A stretch of 64,000 nucleotides of DNA from an uncultured Armatimonadetes bacterium (GTDB lineage: Bacteria > Armatimonadota > UBA5829 > DTJY01). Numbering within the stretch: position 1 is the first letter of the stretch; the number at the start of each line of letters is the position of its first letter. A program made the position numbers and the translations under genes. Below the pieces are notes generated by a model. It saw nothing but the letters and a program-made list of their open reading frames with translations. It ran no database searches and was not told the origin of the DNA. Location: contig OY970325.1 in NCBI GenBank assembly GCA_963717145.1, positions 3,040,001 to 3,104,000 on the forward strand. Reading direction: 5' to 3'. Of the stretch, positions 37,399-46,691 are shown piece by piece.

Positions 37399-38520
37399 AT
37401 GAGCGGGCAGAAGGTCCTGGTGGCGATGAGCGGCGGAGTCGATAGCTCCGTCGCGGCGGCGATGCTCGTCCAGGAGGGATACGACGTCATCGGCGCGACG
37501 ATGCAGGTCTGGCCGACCGAGAGCGGTCCCGAGGGGGAGTTCGCTCGCGCGTGCTGCTCACTCAGCGCCGTGGAGGACGCCCGCAGAGTCGCCGCACGGA
37601 TCGGCATCCCGCACTACGTTCTAAACTTCAAGGATATCTTCCAGGAAGCGGTCATCGACAACTTCATCGAGGAGTATCGGCGCGGACGAACCCCGAATCC
37701 CTGCGTCAGATGCAACCGGTTCGTGAAGTTCGAGTCGCTGCTCGGGAAGGCTCGGTCGCTCGGCGCGGACCACGTCGCCACCGGACACTACTCGAGGATC
37801 GTGTTCGATGAACAGCGCGGACGATGGATGCTCAAGCGCGGAATCGACCGCTCGAAGGACCAGTCGTATGCGCTGTACAGCATGACCCAGGAGCAACTCG
37901 CGCACACCCTGATGCCGCTCGGCGGGATGGCGAAGGACGAGACCCGCCGCCTGGCCGCCGAACTCGGGCTGGCGGTTGCGAGCAAGCCGGACAGCCAGGA
38001 GATCTGTTTCGTCGAGGGGCGCGACTACCCGGGTTTCTTGCGCAGGACCGTGCCTGAGATCGCGACTCCCGGGCCGATTCTCGACACCTCGGGCGCGGTC
38101 GTCGGCGAGCACAAGGGGATCGCTTTCTACACGGTCGGGCAGCGCCGCCGACTGGGGATCGCCGCCGGGGAGCCGCTATACGTGGTGGAGATAGACCCGG
38201 CGAGAAACGCAGTGATCGTTGGCAGGGACAGCGATCTCTATGCGAGTGAACTCGTCGCGACGGATCTGAATTTCGTCCCTTTCGAAAAACCAGCAGGGAC
38301 AATTGCGGTCACGGCGAAGATCAGGTATAATATGAACGATTCGCAGGCTCTGCTCTCTCTCCGGGGAGAGGACCAGGCGCTGGTCAGGTTCGATTCGCCG
38401 CAGAGGGCGATCACTCCGGGGCAGGCCGTGGTATGTTATGATGGCGAGGACGTTGTCGGAGGCGGAACGATCGACGCCGTCCATCCTTCGATACACGCCC
38501 AGAGGCGCACTCAGGACTAG
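37399..38520 (+). CDS. mnmA: tRNA 2-thiouridylase
   Basis: AMSGGVDS, TPNPCVRCN, ATGHY, KDQSY, DSQEICF, TPGQ. Confidence 0.96.
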   Translation: MSGQKVLVAMSGGVDSSVAAAMLVQEGYDVIGATMQVWPTESGPEGEFARACCSLSAVEDARRVAARIGIPHYVLNFKDIFQEAVIDNFIEEYRRGRTPNPCVRCNRFVKFESLLGKARSLGADHVATGHYSRIVFDEQRGRWMLKRGIDRSKDQSYALYSMTQEQLAHTLMPLGGMAKDETRRLAAELGLAVASKPDSQEICFVEGRDYPGFLRRTVPEIATPGPILDTSGAVVGEHKGIAFYTVGQRRRLGIAAGEPLYVVEIDPARNAVIVGRDSDLYASELVATDLNFVPFEKPAGTIAVTAKIRYNMNDSQALLSLRGEDQALVRFDSPQRAITPGQAVVCYDGEDVVGGGTIDAVHPSIHAQRRTQD

Positions 38521-38590
38521 CGGAGCCCGTTTGCCCTGAGTGTTCGCTCCGGCGAATGTATCGAAGGGCAATCGAGATCGGGGGGCGATT

Positions 38591-39025
38591 GTGCAGGTAC
38601 TTCAGGCGATTCTTCTTATAGTAGCGACCATCGCAATCGCGGCGATCGCCTGGGCGGCCGTGAATCTGGCGCAGGGAATCCTGCGGGAGATCCGCAAGAT
38701 CGGTCAGGCGACCGAGGATATCTCGTGCGTGCTGAGAGCCGCCGAGGAGGAGTTGAGGCCGGCGATCCGGGATACGCGGACCGCCATCAACGACGTGGAC
38801 CGCCTGATCGTGTGCGCCACCGAGACCGTACACCGAGTGGATCGGCTCACTGGAGGAGTCGAGGGCCTGCTCGAGGGATCGGTTGCAGGACTTACCGCAA
38901 GCAAGACAGTAAGGTCGGCATCCGCTACCCTCCTTAGTGTTTATGAGGGAGTCAGGCAGGGAATAAGAGTCCTGCGCGGATCGCCCGATGAAATCCACCA
39001 CCAGGGAGGTGCTACTGATGAGTAA
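38591..39025 (+). CDS. DUF948 (YtxG-like) membrane-anchored coiled-coil protein
   Basis: N-terminal TM then heptad helices; directly precedes YtxH. Confidence 0.65.
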   Translation: MQVLQAILLIVATIAIAAIAWAAVNLAQGILREIRKIGQATEDISCVLRAAEEELRPAIRDTRTAINDVDRLIVCATETVHRVDRLTGGVEGLLEGSVAGLTASKTVRSASATLLSVYEGVRQGIRVLRGSPDEIHHQGGATDE

Positions 39026-39353
39026 CGATGACGAAAGAAACGTATTGATGAACGTGCTCGCGGGGATCGGCCTTGGCGCTGCAATCGGAGCCGCCTTTGG
39101 TCTCCTCATGGCCCCGAAAGCAGGTCTGGAGACACGTCAGGACATCAAGAGAACCGCAGAGGATCTGAAGGTAAAGGCGGAAGAGCTTGCCGGACAGGTC
39201 ACCGAGACGGTAGATGACCTGATGCAGAAGAGCAGGGACCTCGTAGACACGGCCAAGACCCGGGTGCAGCAGGCCGTTGATGCCGGCAAGCAGACGGTGT
39301 CGGAGAAGCGACAGGAACTCGAGCAGCAGATCGAGGGAACTACCGAGGCCTAG
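39018..39353 (+). CDS. YtxH domain protein
   Basis: GAAIGAAFGLLMAPKAGLETR signature. Confidence 0.88.
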   Translation: MSNDDERNVLMNVLAGIGLGAAIGAAFGLLMAPKAGLETRQDIKRTAEDLKVKAEELAGQVTETVDDLMQKSRDLVDTAKTRVQQAVDAGKQTVSEKRQELEQQIEGTTEA

Positions 39354-39424
39354 CAGTTTTGTGTGCATGGGTACGTGCCGACAGGCGCGTGCCCGTTTTC
39401 AACTTCCTGGAAAGGTGGAGTGGA

Positions 39425-39784
39425 ATGAACCTCAAGATGAATACTCGCGCATTCGACGATCACACCTCCGTTATCGAGCTTGAGGGGGAGGTCGATGTCT
39501 ATACCGCGCCCCAGTTGAAGCAGCAGATCATCAGCCTGCTCGACAACAACACCACGAAGGTCATAGTCGACCTTACGAGTGTGGACTACCTGGATAGTAC
39601 AGCGCTCGGCGTGCTCATCGGCGGCCTGAAGCGGCTACGGGAGCGCGACGGCTCACTCGATCTGGTCTGCCCGAATCCCAGAATCAGGAGAATCTTCGAG
39701 ATAACAGGGCTCGATAAGATATTCGACATTCACCAGACTCAGGATGAAGTAGTGAGCGCTGGGAAAAGCAAGGGGGGTTCGTAA
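39425..39784 (+). CDS. rsbV: Anti-anti-sigma factor (STAS)
   Basis: GEVDVYTAP, VDYLDSTALGVL, IFEITGL. Confidence 0.92.
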   Translation: MNLKMNTRAFDDHTSVIELEGEVDVYTAPQLKQQIISLLDNNTTKVIVDLTSVDYLDSTALGVLIGGLKRLRERDGSLDLVCPNPRIRRIFEITGLDKIFDIHQTQDEVVSAGKSKGGS

Positions 39785-40228
39785 GTGGCATCTCAGAATC
39801 AGGCTGCGGTGGTCGAGCTGAAGATCCCATGCAAGCCCGAGTTCGTTGGAGTAGCCAGGCTGGCGATTCTGGGAGTTGCAGGCAGAATGCCATTCTCGTA
39901 CGACGAAGTTGAGGACATCCGCCTCGCGGTAGGCGAGGCGTGTACAACCGCTGTCGAACGGGCCACGAGGACCAATCAGACCGGCGCCTCTTTGGTAATC
40001 CGAAGCGAGATCCTCGACTCCAAGCTGACGATCGACATAACCGACGACGTAGCGCAATCGCCTGCGCCCCCGCCCGCGTCATCCGAGTCGGCGGAGGAGT
40101 TCGACGAGGAGAATATCGGCGCACTCCTGATGGAACTGCTGGTGGATGAGATCAAGATAGAAGCGACCGCCGGGCACGGCACCCGGGTACAGATGATCAA
40201 GTACGCAGGACAAGAGAATCATGGCTAA
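39785..40228 (+). CDS. rsbW: Anti-sigma factor / Ser kinase
   Basis: IPCKPEFVGVARL, FSYDEVEDIRLAVGEAC; ATP-lid motifs degenerate (TTA, NIG). Confidence 0.85.
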   Translation: MASQNQAAVVELKIPCKPEFVGVARLAILGVAGRMPFSYDEVEDIRLAVGEACTTAVERATRTNQTGASLVIRSEILDSKLTIDITDDVAQSPAPPPASSESAEEFDEENIGALLMELLVDEIKIEATAGHGTRVQMIKYAGQENHG

Positions 40229-40991
40229 TCGGAAAAAGGGCTTGGCGGGCTGGGCCGAAGATGACGCCGAGACCCTTTTCGCGCACTATTCGGAAACAAA
40301 AGACCTGAAAGTCCGAGATCGCCTTGTGTTGATGCATCAGAACCTGGTGCGGTTCCTTGCGGGCAAGTTCATGAACCGCGGCGAGCCCATTGAGGACCTG
40401 GTTCAGGTAGGCACAATCGGTCTCATAAACGCGATAGACCGCTTTGACCCGGAAAGAGGGACGAAGTTCTCGACATATGCCACACCGACAATCGTCGGTG
40501 AGATCAGGCGGCATTTCAGGGACAAGGCCTGGAGCCTCAAGGTCCCACGTCGCCTTCAGGAGTTGAATCTGGCCGCGAACAAGGCGGCGGAGAATCTCTC
40601 CCAGAAGCTCGGACGCGTGCCAACCATCCAGGAGATCTCACAGGCCGTCGGGGCGAGCGAGGAAGAGACGCTGGAGGCGATCGAACTTGGGAACGCCTAT
40701 GACACCGTCTCGCTGGACAGCAAGCTGGCATACGAGAGCGAATCCGCGCCGCTCAGTCTCGCCGAATTCGTCGGAGACACAGACGGCTCGCTCGATAACC
40801 TGGAGAGATACGGCGACCTGAACCAGGCGATGGATTGCCTGGATGCCCGCGAGCGGTCCATCATCTACCTCAGATTCTTTCGAGACATGTCGCAGACCGA
40901 GGTCGCAAAGAAGCTCAGCATATCGCAGATGCACGTGTCGAGGCTTCAGCAGAAGGCCCTGCGCCGGCTGAAGGAACTACTCTCGGATTAG
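40221..40991 (+). CDS. sigB: SigB/SigF-family sigma factor
   Basis: EDLVQVGTIGL, FSTYATPTIVGEIRRHFRD, ISQMHVSRL. Confidence 0.92.
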   Translation: MANRKKGLAGWAEDDAETLFAHYSETKDLKVRDRLVLMHQNLVRFLAGKFMNRGEPIEDLVQVGTIGLINAIDRFDPERGTKFSTYATPTIVGEIRRHFRDKAWSLKVPRRLQELNLAANKAAENLSQKLGRVPTIQEISQAVGASEEETLEAIELGNAYDTVSLDSKLAYESESAPLSLAEFVGDTDGSLDNLERYGDLNQAMDCLDARERSIIYLRFFRDMSQTEVAKKLSISQMHVSRLQQKALRRLKELLSD

Positions 40992-40999
40992 CTATCGAA

Positions 41000-41101
41000 G
41001 TCCGTAGGGGCGATCCTTCTACGGTCGCCCGGTTCGTAGCGGTAATCGTTTGACAGCAGCCATGCCAACCGGGCGACCGTAGAAGGATCGCCCCTACGGA
41101 C
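41000..41101. repeat. GTAG-type REP doublet, 35-bp arms
   Basis: GTCCGTAGGGGCGATCCTTCTACGGTCGCCCGGTT and its reverse complement. Confidence 0.85.
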
Positions 41102-41130
41102 CTCGATTCGGCAATCCATAAAGGTACCCC

Positions 41131-42231
41131 ATGACCTGCAGCCGCTGGTATACGGCAGGCGCTGTCGCCGCCATCGCTACGCTCATTGCGGTCCTGTACG
41201 CCGTCAGAAGCACTCTCCCACCGTTTCTGATAGCATTTGCGATCGCCTGGTTGCTCGACCCGGTGCTCGATCGGCTGCAGAAACGTGGAGTCAGCCGGAT
41301 AATCGCCGTCGTGGCGATCTACGGCTGCTTTCTCATCGTGTTCGTGATCGGCCTCTTCTATCTCGTTCCCGCCGTAAGCTATCAGGCCACGCAGCTCGGG
41401 GCCGACTACCCGAAGTACTCCGCTCGTTTCACGCAGTTTGCCGGCGAGACGTTCGAGAGACACCATGACACGCTCGTGCGCTTCAAACTCCCGACTACTC
41501 TGCGGGAGGCCTTCTCCAGATACGGCGACCAGGCGAACGTCCAGATCGGAGCCGGAGTCAACCTGGCGACGGGTTTCATCGCCGCGAACATCTCGAGGGC
41601 ACTCTGGATCATCCTCGTCCCGATCATCGCATTCTACTTCCTAATGGATATCGACCGCATGAGAAAGAAGGCGACGCTCCTGATCCCGGAGAGCGTCCGA
41701 CCGCGCGCGACGGAGGTCCTGTCGAGGGTCGGCACGGTGTTCAGCAGCTATGTACGCGGGCTCGTGATCGTCTGCCTGATGTATGGCATTGCGACGACGG
41801 TCGTTCTGGAGATCCTGCAGATGAAGTACGGCATCATCCTGGGGCTGCTGGCGGGGATACTCTATGCCGTCCCTTACCTCGGCGCTATCCTGACGATGCT
41901 GCTGGTCTTCCTGGTAGGGCTCGCGACCTATCCGCATGGGGTCAGCCAGGCGATCTGGCCCACGCTGGCGATGGTCGCCCTGAACCAGGGCTTCGATCTG
42001 GTGATCACTCCGAGGATACTTGGCAAGTCCGTCGGGCTGCATCCCGTGATGAGCCTGTTTGCACTGCTGGCGGGCGGGCAGTTGTTCGGGCTGGTGGGGA
42101 TGATCCTGGCGGTCCCGGTAGCGGCGAGCATCCAGGAGGTCGTCTTCGAGTTCTACCCGCAGCTCAAGTCCGACCCGAAGCCGGCCAAGACGAAGAAGAC
42201 CAAGCCAAAGAAACCGCCCGTGACTGAGTAG
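41131..42231 (+). CDS. AI-2E family transporter
   Basis: PFLIAFAIAWLLDP, VPYLG, PRILGKSVGLHP, GMILAVP. Confidence 0.92.
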   Translation: MTCSRWYTAGAVAAIATLIAVLYAVRSTLPPFLIAFAIAWLLDPVLDRLQKRGVSRIIAVVAIYGCFLIVFVIGLFYLVPAVSYQATQLGADYPKYSARFTQFAGETFERHHDTLVRFKLPTTLREAFSRYGDQANVQIGAGVNLATGFIAANISRALWIILVPIIAFYFLMDIDRMRKKATLLIPESVRPRATEVLSRVGTVFSSYVRGLVIVCLMYGIATTVVLEILQMKYGIILGLLAGILYAVPYLGAILTMLLVFLVGLATYPHGVSQAIWPTLAMVALNQGFDLVITPRILGKSVGLHPVMSLFALLAGGQLFGLVGMILAVPVAASIQEVVFEFYPQLKSDPKPAKTKKTKPKKPPVTE

Positions 42232-42237
42232 GTTGAC

Positions 42238-42927
42238 CTATCTGTAGAGGACTTCGGCGAAGTTGATATGGTCCCACTCTCCCACCGGTTTCCCCTCATA
42301 CAGAAATCTAACACCATCAACCCAGTCACCCCGGTATTTCCTTTGAAGGAACGTGTACACTAGAGTGGTCTGCGTAAGTCCGCCGCCTATCGAGCCTTGG
42401 AAGTAGCTAGTCCGCCACATGGTTTGGCGAATGTCGTGGGATATCTCCTGCAAATCGATGGTGGCGATCCGCTTCCCTTTGACTGACTTGATCCCCACGA
42501 TATTGATCGGCAGTCCGGAAAACCTCTGCTTCGACAATCTGGACGCCAGAATCTTCAGCTTTTCGATCACGGCAAGGTTCTCCCGCACAGCAATGTAGTA
42601 GTCGGGGATCGGATTGTCCGGAGCTTCGTCGGTAGAGGTGTAGACCGTCAAGAGATCCAGCGGAATCTGACCGCCCTCTGGGTACTCGCGCAGGGTCCTT
42701 ACCTCATTCTCGAGTTCGCGAACCCGCTGCTCCATTGGAACTGCTTTTTCAGCATGCGCCATGTTGCTTGTGCCAAGCTCCCCTCGCAGCTCACTGAGAT
42801 CATAGCTCAGTGTTCCGATCTCGGCGGAGAGAGATCGCACTCTAGCGTGCTGCCATGCGTAGACTCCACCGCCGACGATGATCGCGGTCAGGACGGCGGC
42901 GATGATGATCTTGCTTCGGTAGTTCAT
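42238..42927 (-). CDS. Membrane-anchored protein of unknown function
   Basis: N-terminal TM, coiled coil, YFQGSIGG and WVDGVRFLYEG motifs. Confidence 0.7.
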   Translation of the reverse strand: MNYRSKIIIAAVLTAIIVGGGVYAWQHARVRSLSAEIGTLSYDLSELRGELGTSNMAHAEKAVPMEQRVRELENEVRTLREYPEGGQIPLDLLTVYTSTDEAPDNPIPDYYIAVRENLAVIEKLKILASRLSKQRFSGLPINIVGIKSVKGKRIATIDLQEISHDIRQTMWRTSYFQGSIGGGLTQTTLVYTFLQRKYRGDWVDGVRFLYEGKPVGEWDHINFAEVLYR

Positions 42928-43042
42928 GGGCGCACCTCATGTGATGCCGATATGGAGCTTCCAAGCATGATTACGCCGGCAGGCACGGATTTGTTATGTG
43001 ATACCCATTCTTGAGTGCGAGTATGAGCGGGAGTAGGAGCGC

Positions 43043-44263
43043 TTACAGGTAGACCCGGGGGATGCGGCTCGAAGTGGTGGTCCGGCGGGCGGGGACGATG
43101 ACTTCGTCGCCGAGTTCGACTCCGGGGATGTCGGTCACATCGATGGTCGTCATCTGCATCGAGACGCGGCCGATGACCGGGGCCTTTTGACCTCGAATGG
43201 TGACGCAGGTCGCTCCGGGGACCATCAGCGTGCGGGCGAGCAGTCTCAGCGGGGATGCGGCGCGCCGGGCGACGCTCTCCGGGATCACAGTGAAGCCGTC
43301 GCAGTAGCCGATCGGGATCACGGCGGCTCTCGTCGCTCGTCCGGTGGTATACTCGCTCCCGTAGCCGACCTTCGAGCCCGCGGGGAGCGACCTCAGCGCC
43401 ACGATCCGCGTCTTCAGCCGCCAGGTATCCTCCAACTGGATCTTCCGCTCGGTGTGGGCGGTCGGGAACTGCCCGTACAGGATCGTCCCGGGGCGGACCA
43501 TGTCATAGTGGGAGTCCGGCATGTTGAGGATCGCCGAACTGTTCGCGGCGTGCCTCGATCCGGTCGGCAACCCGAGTTCGTCGAGTTGCGCGAGAAGCCG
43601 GGAGAACCGCGCGTTCTGCTCCCGAGCGCTCGACAGGTCCTTCGCACCGGCGTTGGCGAAGTGGGTATAGACGCCGGCGATTTCGATCCCCGACGCATGC
43701 ACCGCCAACGAGATGAAGTCCGGGCACTCGGACGGCATGAGTCCGAGCCGACCCATGCCGGTGTCGACCTTCACGTGGATGCGGGCGGTCTTCCCGACTC
43801 TCCCGGCGGCCTCCGAGATCAGTCGCAACGATTCGGATGAGCAGACCGTCTGATCGAGGTCGGCTTCGATAGCAGCTTCCATCTGATCGGGGAGAAGCGG
43901 GCTGAAGATCAGGGTTGGGGTCTCGATCCCTGCCTGACGAAGCTCGAGCGCCTCCTCGATAGTCGTCACGGCGAGATAGTCCGCGCCCGCTATCTGTGAG
44001 CCGGAGACCCTCACCCCCGACCCCTCTCCCTCAGAAGGGCGAGGGGAGTCCGCCTCCCCTCGCCCTTCTGAGGGAGAGGGGTCGGGGGTGAGGGTCTCCC
44101 AGCACGCCGTTGACAGGGCTCTTGCCGTCTCGACTGCGCCGTGCCCGTACGCATCGGCCTTCACGACGGCCATGACCTTGACCGCCGGCCCGACGAGCGC
44201 CCGGATCGCCTCCAGGTTGTGGACGACGCTCCTGAGATTCACCTCGACCCAATGTGTGTGCAT
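43043..44263 (-). CDS. alr: Alanine racemase carrying an in-frame palindromic insertion
   Basis: AVVKADAYGHG, HVKVDTGMGRLG, HAANS, VRPG, VGYG, IGRVSM. Confidence 0.93.
   Translation of the reverse strand: MHTHWVEVNLRSVVHNLEAIRALVGPAVKVMAVVKADAYGHGAVETARALSTACWETLTPDPSPSEGRGEADSPRPSEGEGSGVRVSGSQIAGADYLAVTTIEEALELRQAGIETPTLIFSPLLPDQMEAAIEADLDQTVCSSESLRLISEAAGRVGKTARIHVKVDTGMGRLGLMPSECPDFISLAVHASGIEIAGVYTHFANAGAKDLSSAREQNARFSRLLAQLDELGLPTGSRHAANSSAILNMPDSHYDMVRPGTILYGQFPTAHTERKIQLEDTWRLKTRIVALRSLPAGSKVGYGSEYTTGRATRAAVIPIGYCDGFTVIPESVARRAASPLRLLARTLMVPGATCVTIRGQKAPVIGRVSMQMTTIDVTDIPGVELGDEVIVPARRTTTSSRIPRVYL
44003..44099. repeat. Perfect 46-bp inverted repeat inside alr
   Basis: 44003-44048 is the exact reverse complement of 44054-44099. 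Confidence 0.92.
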
Positions 44264-44270
44264 CGTGCAG

Positions 44271-44355
44271 AATGGTTGATGGTTCATGGTTGATGGTTAA
44301 TGGCGGAATGCCGGATGTCCCCCATTAACTATCAACCATGAACCATCAACCATTC
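44271..44355. repeat. Heptamer inverted tandem-repeat element
   Basis: (ATGGTTG)x3-4 ... (CAACCAT)x3-4. Confidence 0.85.
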
Positions 44356-44358
44356 CCC

Positions 44359-45309
44359 CTACCTCTTCCGCTGCTTATTTCGGGAGGCGAGAAGCCTCTG
44401 ATCCCGCACCTGCCTCCATTCGGCGATCCGGGTGACCAACTCGCCCTCGCGACCGGCCAGGTACTTCGCGATGGTCATCGTCCCTATAATGTGCAGGTTG
44501 ATCCGATAGTCGAGCTGATCGGATCGAGCGCCCGCCTGACGTGTCTCGAACAGGAAGGTCTTCGTGTCCGCGTGGATCGGGAAGTACCGATGTGCCAGCC
44601 TGGCGGGGCTGCTATCGTGAATCTGGTAGCTGCTGACCTCCATGTCATGGGTGTTCAGCATCCCGACAATCAGTCCCTGGATGTGAATCGATTCCTTCGC
44701 GACTTCCTGGGGCGCTCCACATAAAGGCCCGGCGCACTGCAGGTAATCTGTGCCTCGGTTGCCCGGGCTCAACTCGTGCTCGTCGATGACCACTTCCGGA
44801 TCGAACCGGTCGATCGCGGCCCGGACCGCCTTGATCTCGGGCTGGCTCAAGGTGAGCCAGTCGCGGTTCAGGTCCGCTCCCCTCGCGTTTCGTCGCGTAG
44901 AGCGTTCCGCGCCATCCGGGTTTGTCATCGGAACGATGAAGAATGAAACCCTGTTCAGCAGATCGGCGTCGTCCTCGCTCGCGCTGAGGACGAGGTCGGT
45001 GATCAGTTTGAGCATCGCCTCGGTGCTCGCGGGCTCATCTCCGTGCTGCCGGCAGATGACGAATACGCGGCGGGTATCCGCCGTCGCGACGTCCCGGTTG
45101 GCGAGGATGACGAGCGGGATCTCCCTCCCCTGCACGGACTTGCCGATCGATATGACGCACATCCGCCCGTTCCCGATGGCGTTGTCGGCCAACTCCAGGG
45201 ACGCGAGGTTCGACATCATCTGCTTGTGAGACGTGAGGCCGGGCACCGCTGAGCAGGCGCTCGCGATCAGGACGGCCAGCAGGATACAGGCCGGTACTAC
45301 TCTTCGCAC
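44359..45309 (-). CDS. Secreted M14 zinc carboxypeptidase
   Basis: IGKSVQGR, QHGDE, NPDG, RRNARGADLNRD, DEHE. Confidence 0.88.
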   Translation of the reverse strand: MRRVVPACILLAVLIASACSAVPGLTSHKQMMSNLASLELADNAIGNGRMCVISIGKSVQGREIPLVILANRDVATADTRRVFVICRQHGDEPASTEAMLKLITDLVLSASEDDADLLNRVSFFIVPMTNPDGAERSTRRNARGADLNRDWLTLSQPEIKAVRAAIDRFDPEVVIDEHELSPGNRGTDYLQCAGPLCGAPQEVAKESIHIQGLIVGMLNTHDMEVSSYQIHDSSPARLAHRYFPIHADTKTFLFETRQAGARSDQLDYRINLHIIGTMTIAKYLAGREGELVTRIAEWRQVRDQRLLASRNKQRKR

Positions 45310-45346
45310 TTCTTACTCCTTAATTACTACTACAGTCACGTGTCTC

Positions 45347-45436
45347 CGATGCTGCCGGAATGCTCTTCTTTCCGGCAGCAGAGTCCTCGTATATACATCC
45401 TCTGCTGCCGGAAAGAAGAGCATTCCGGCAGCATCG
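45347..45436. repeat. Perfect 37-bp inverted repeat with internally palindromic arms
   Basis: CGATGCTGCCGGAATGCTCTTCTTTCCGGCAGCAGAG and its reverse complement. Confidence 0.88.
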
Positions 45437-45478
45437 CAGAGCAGAAGGCGCCCGTGAGGACACGGGCGCTCCCTGTGT

Positions 45479-46558
45479 CTACATGTCGGCGGACACTTGG
45501 ACCTTCGACCTTCGCTTCATGAGCGCCGTGACCCGCGGCTTGGCGGTCACCCATAGCCAGTACCAGGGCTTCGAGTACGGCAGGTCGAACTCGCCGATGA
45601 ACTCGACGAACTGAGCGCCGAACCCCTCCTTGAACCTGTTCAGGCCCTGCAGGTGATCGTCCGGGTCGGACTCCCGCTGAGGTGAGACGCCCCGAAAGTC
45701 ATAGACGACGCAGCCGGCTTCCTTCGCCCACTCGATCATCCTCCACTGCATCAGGTGGTTCGGCATGACGTTCCGGTGCTGGTTGCTCGATGCGCCGTAG
45801 GTGTACCAGCACTTGTCGCCGAAGATGAATGAGAGCGCCCCCGCGATCGCCTGCCCCTCGAACTCCGCGAGGAAGAGCTTTGCGTATCCCGGCTCGACGA
45901 GGTGAGTCCACATCTGCTCGTAGTACGTGTAGCCGCGGACGAGGAAGCGGTCGCGCTGGGCGGTTTCCTTGAGGATGGCATAGAAGGATTTGAGGTCGTC
46001 GCGCGCGCAGTCGGACCGGACGGTGACGCCCTTCTTCTCGGCGAGGCGGATGTTGTAGCGCCACTTCGGCTTGCACCCGGCCATCAGCTCGTCCATCGTG
46101 GGTCGGAGGTCGAGTTGCATCACGCATCGGGGTTGAATGCCGCCGAAGCCGTCCTCGTCGGCGATCTTCCTGAAGCCCATCTGATCGAACGGTGGCATCG
46201 GCTCCTCGATCCTTACGGCGGGATCGACTTTGAGGAGAATCGCTCCTTCGAGGGATGCTCGTTCGCGAACCGCATCGAAGAGGGCCGAGAGCACTTCTGG
46301 GGAGGTGAAGTCAGACACAGGGCCCCGTGGGGCGTAGAAGATACACTTGTTCGTCCGGGGAATCCGACGCTTGAGGATCGAGACCGCGCCGACGATCTCG
46401 CCGCCGTCCTCGACCGCGAGTCGGATCGGCTGCCACCCGCCGCTTGCCTGCTTGAGATCGCCCCACTCGAAGGATTGAAGGAGGTCGCCGGTCGGGTGCC
46501 GGGCGACGAACTCGTTCCAGCGCTTCCTTTCGCTTTCGGGGATCTCTCGTACCTGCAT
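45479..46558 (-). CDS. FemABX-family peptidoglycan peptidyltransferase
   Basis: LLQSFEWG, YAPRGP, KWRYNIR, YTYGAS, YDFRG, GLNRFKEGF. Confidence 0.92.
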   Translation of the reverse strand: MQVREIPESERKRWNEFVARHPTGDLLQSFEWGDLKQASGGWQPIRLAVEDGGEIVGAVSILKRRIPRTNKCIFYAPRGPVSDFTSPEVLSALFDAVRERASLEGAILLKVDPAVRIEEPMPPFDQMGFRKIADEDGFGGIQPRCVMQLDLRPTMDELMAGCKPKWRYNIRLAEKKGVTVRSDCARDDLKSFYAILKETAQRDRFLVRGYTYYEQMWTHLVEPGYAKLFLAEFEGQAIAGALSFIFGDKCWYTYGASSNQHRNVMPNHLMQWRMIEWAKEAGCVVYDFRGVSPQRESDPDDHLQGLNRFKEGFGAQFVEFIGEFDLPYSKPWYWLWVTAKPRVTALMKRRSKVQVSADM

Positions 46559-46634
46559 CAGACCTGCCTTTGCCAGTCACGGCGATCGGTCGTCATTCTA
46601 GCACAGAGCCCCCACGGTGTCAAAGCCCGGAGGG

Positions 46635-46691
46635 AATGGTTGATGGTTCATGGGAGCCCGCGAGCCATTGGGCATCAACCATCAACCATTC
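46635..46691. repeat. Heptamer inverted tandem-repeat element
   Basis: AATGGTTGATGGTTCATGG ... CATCAACCATCAACCATT. Confidence 0.8.
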
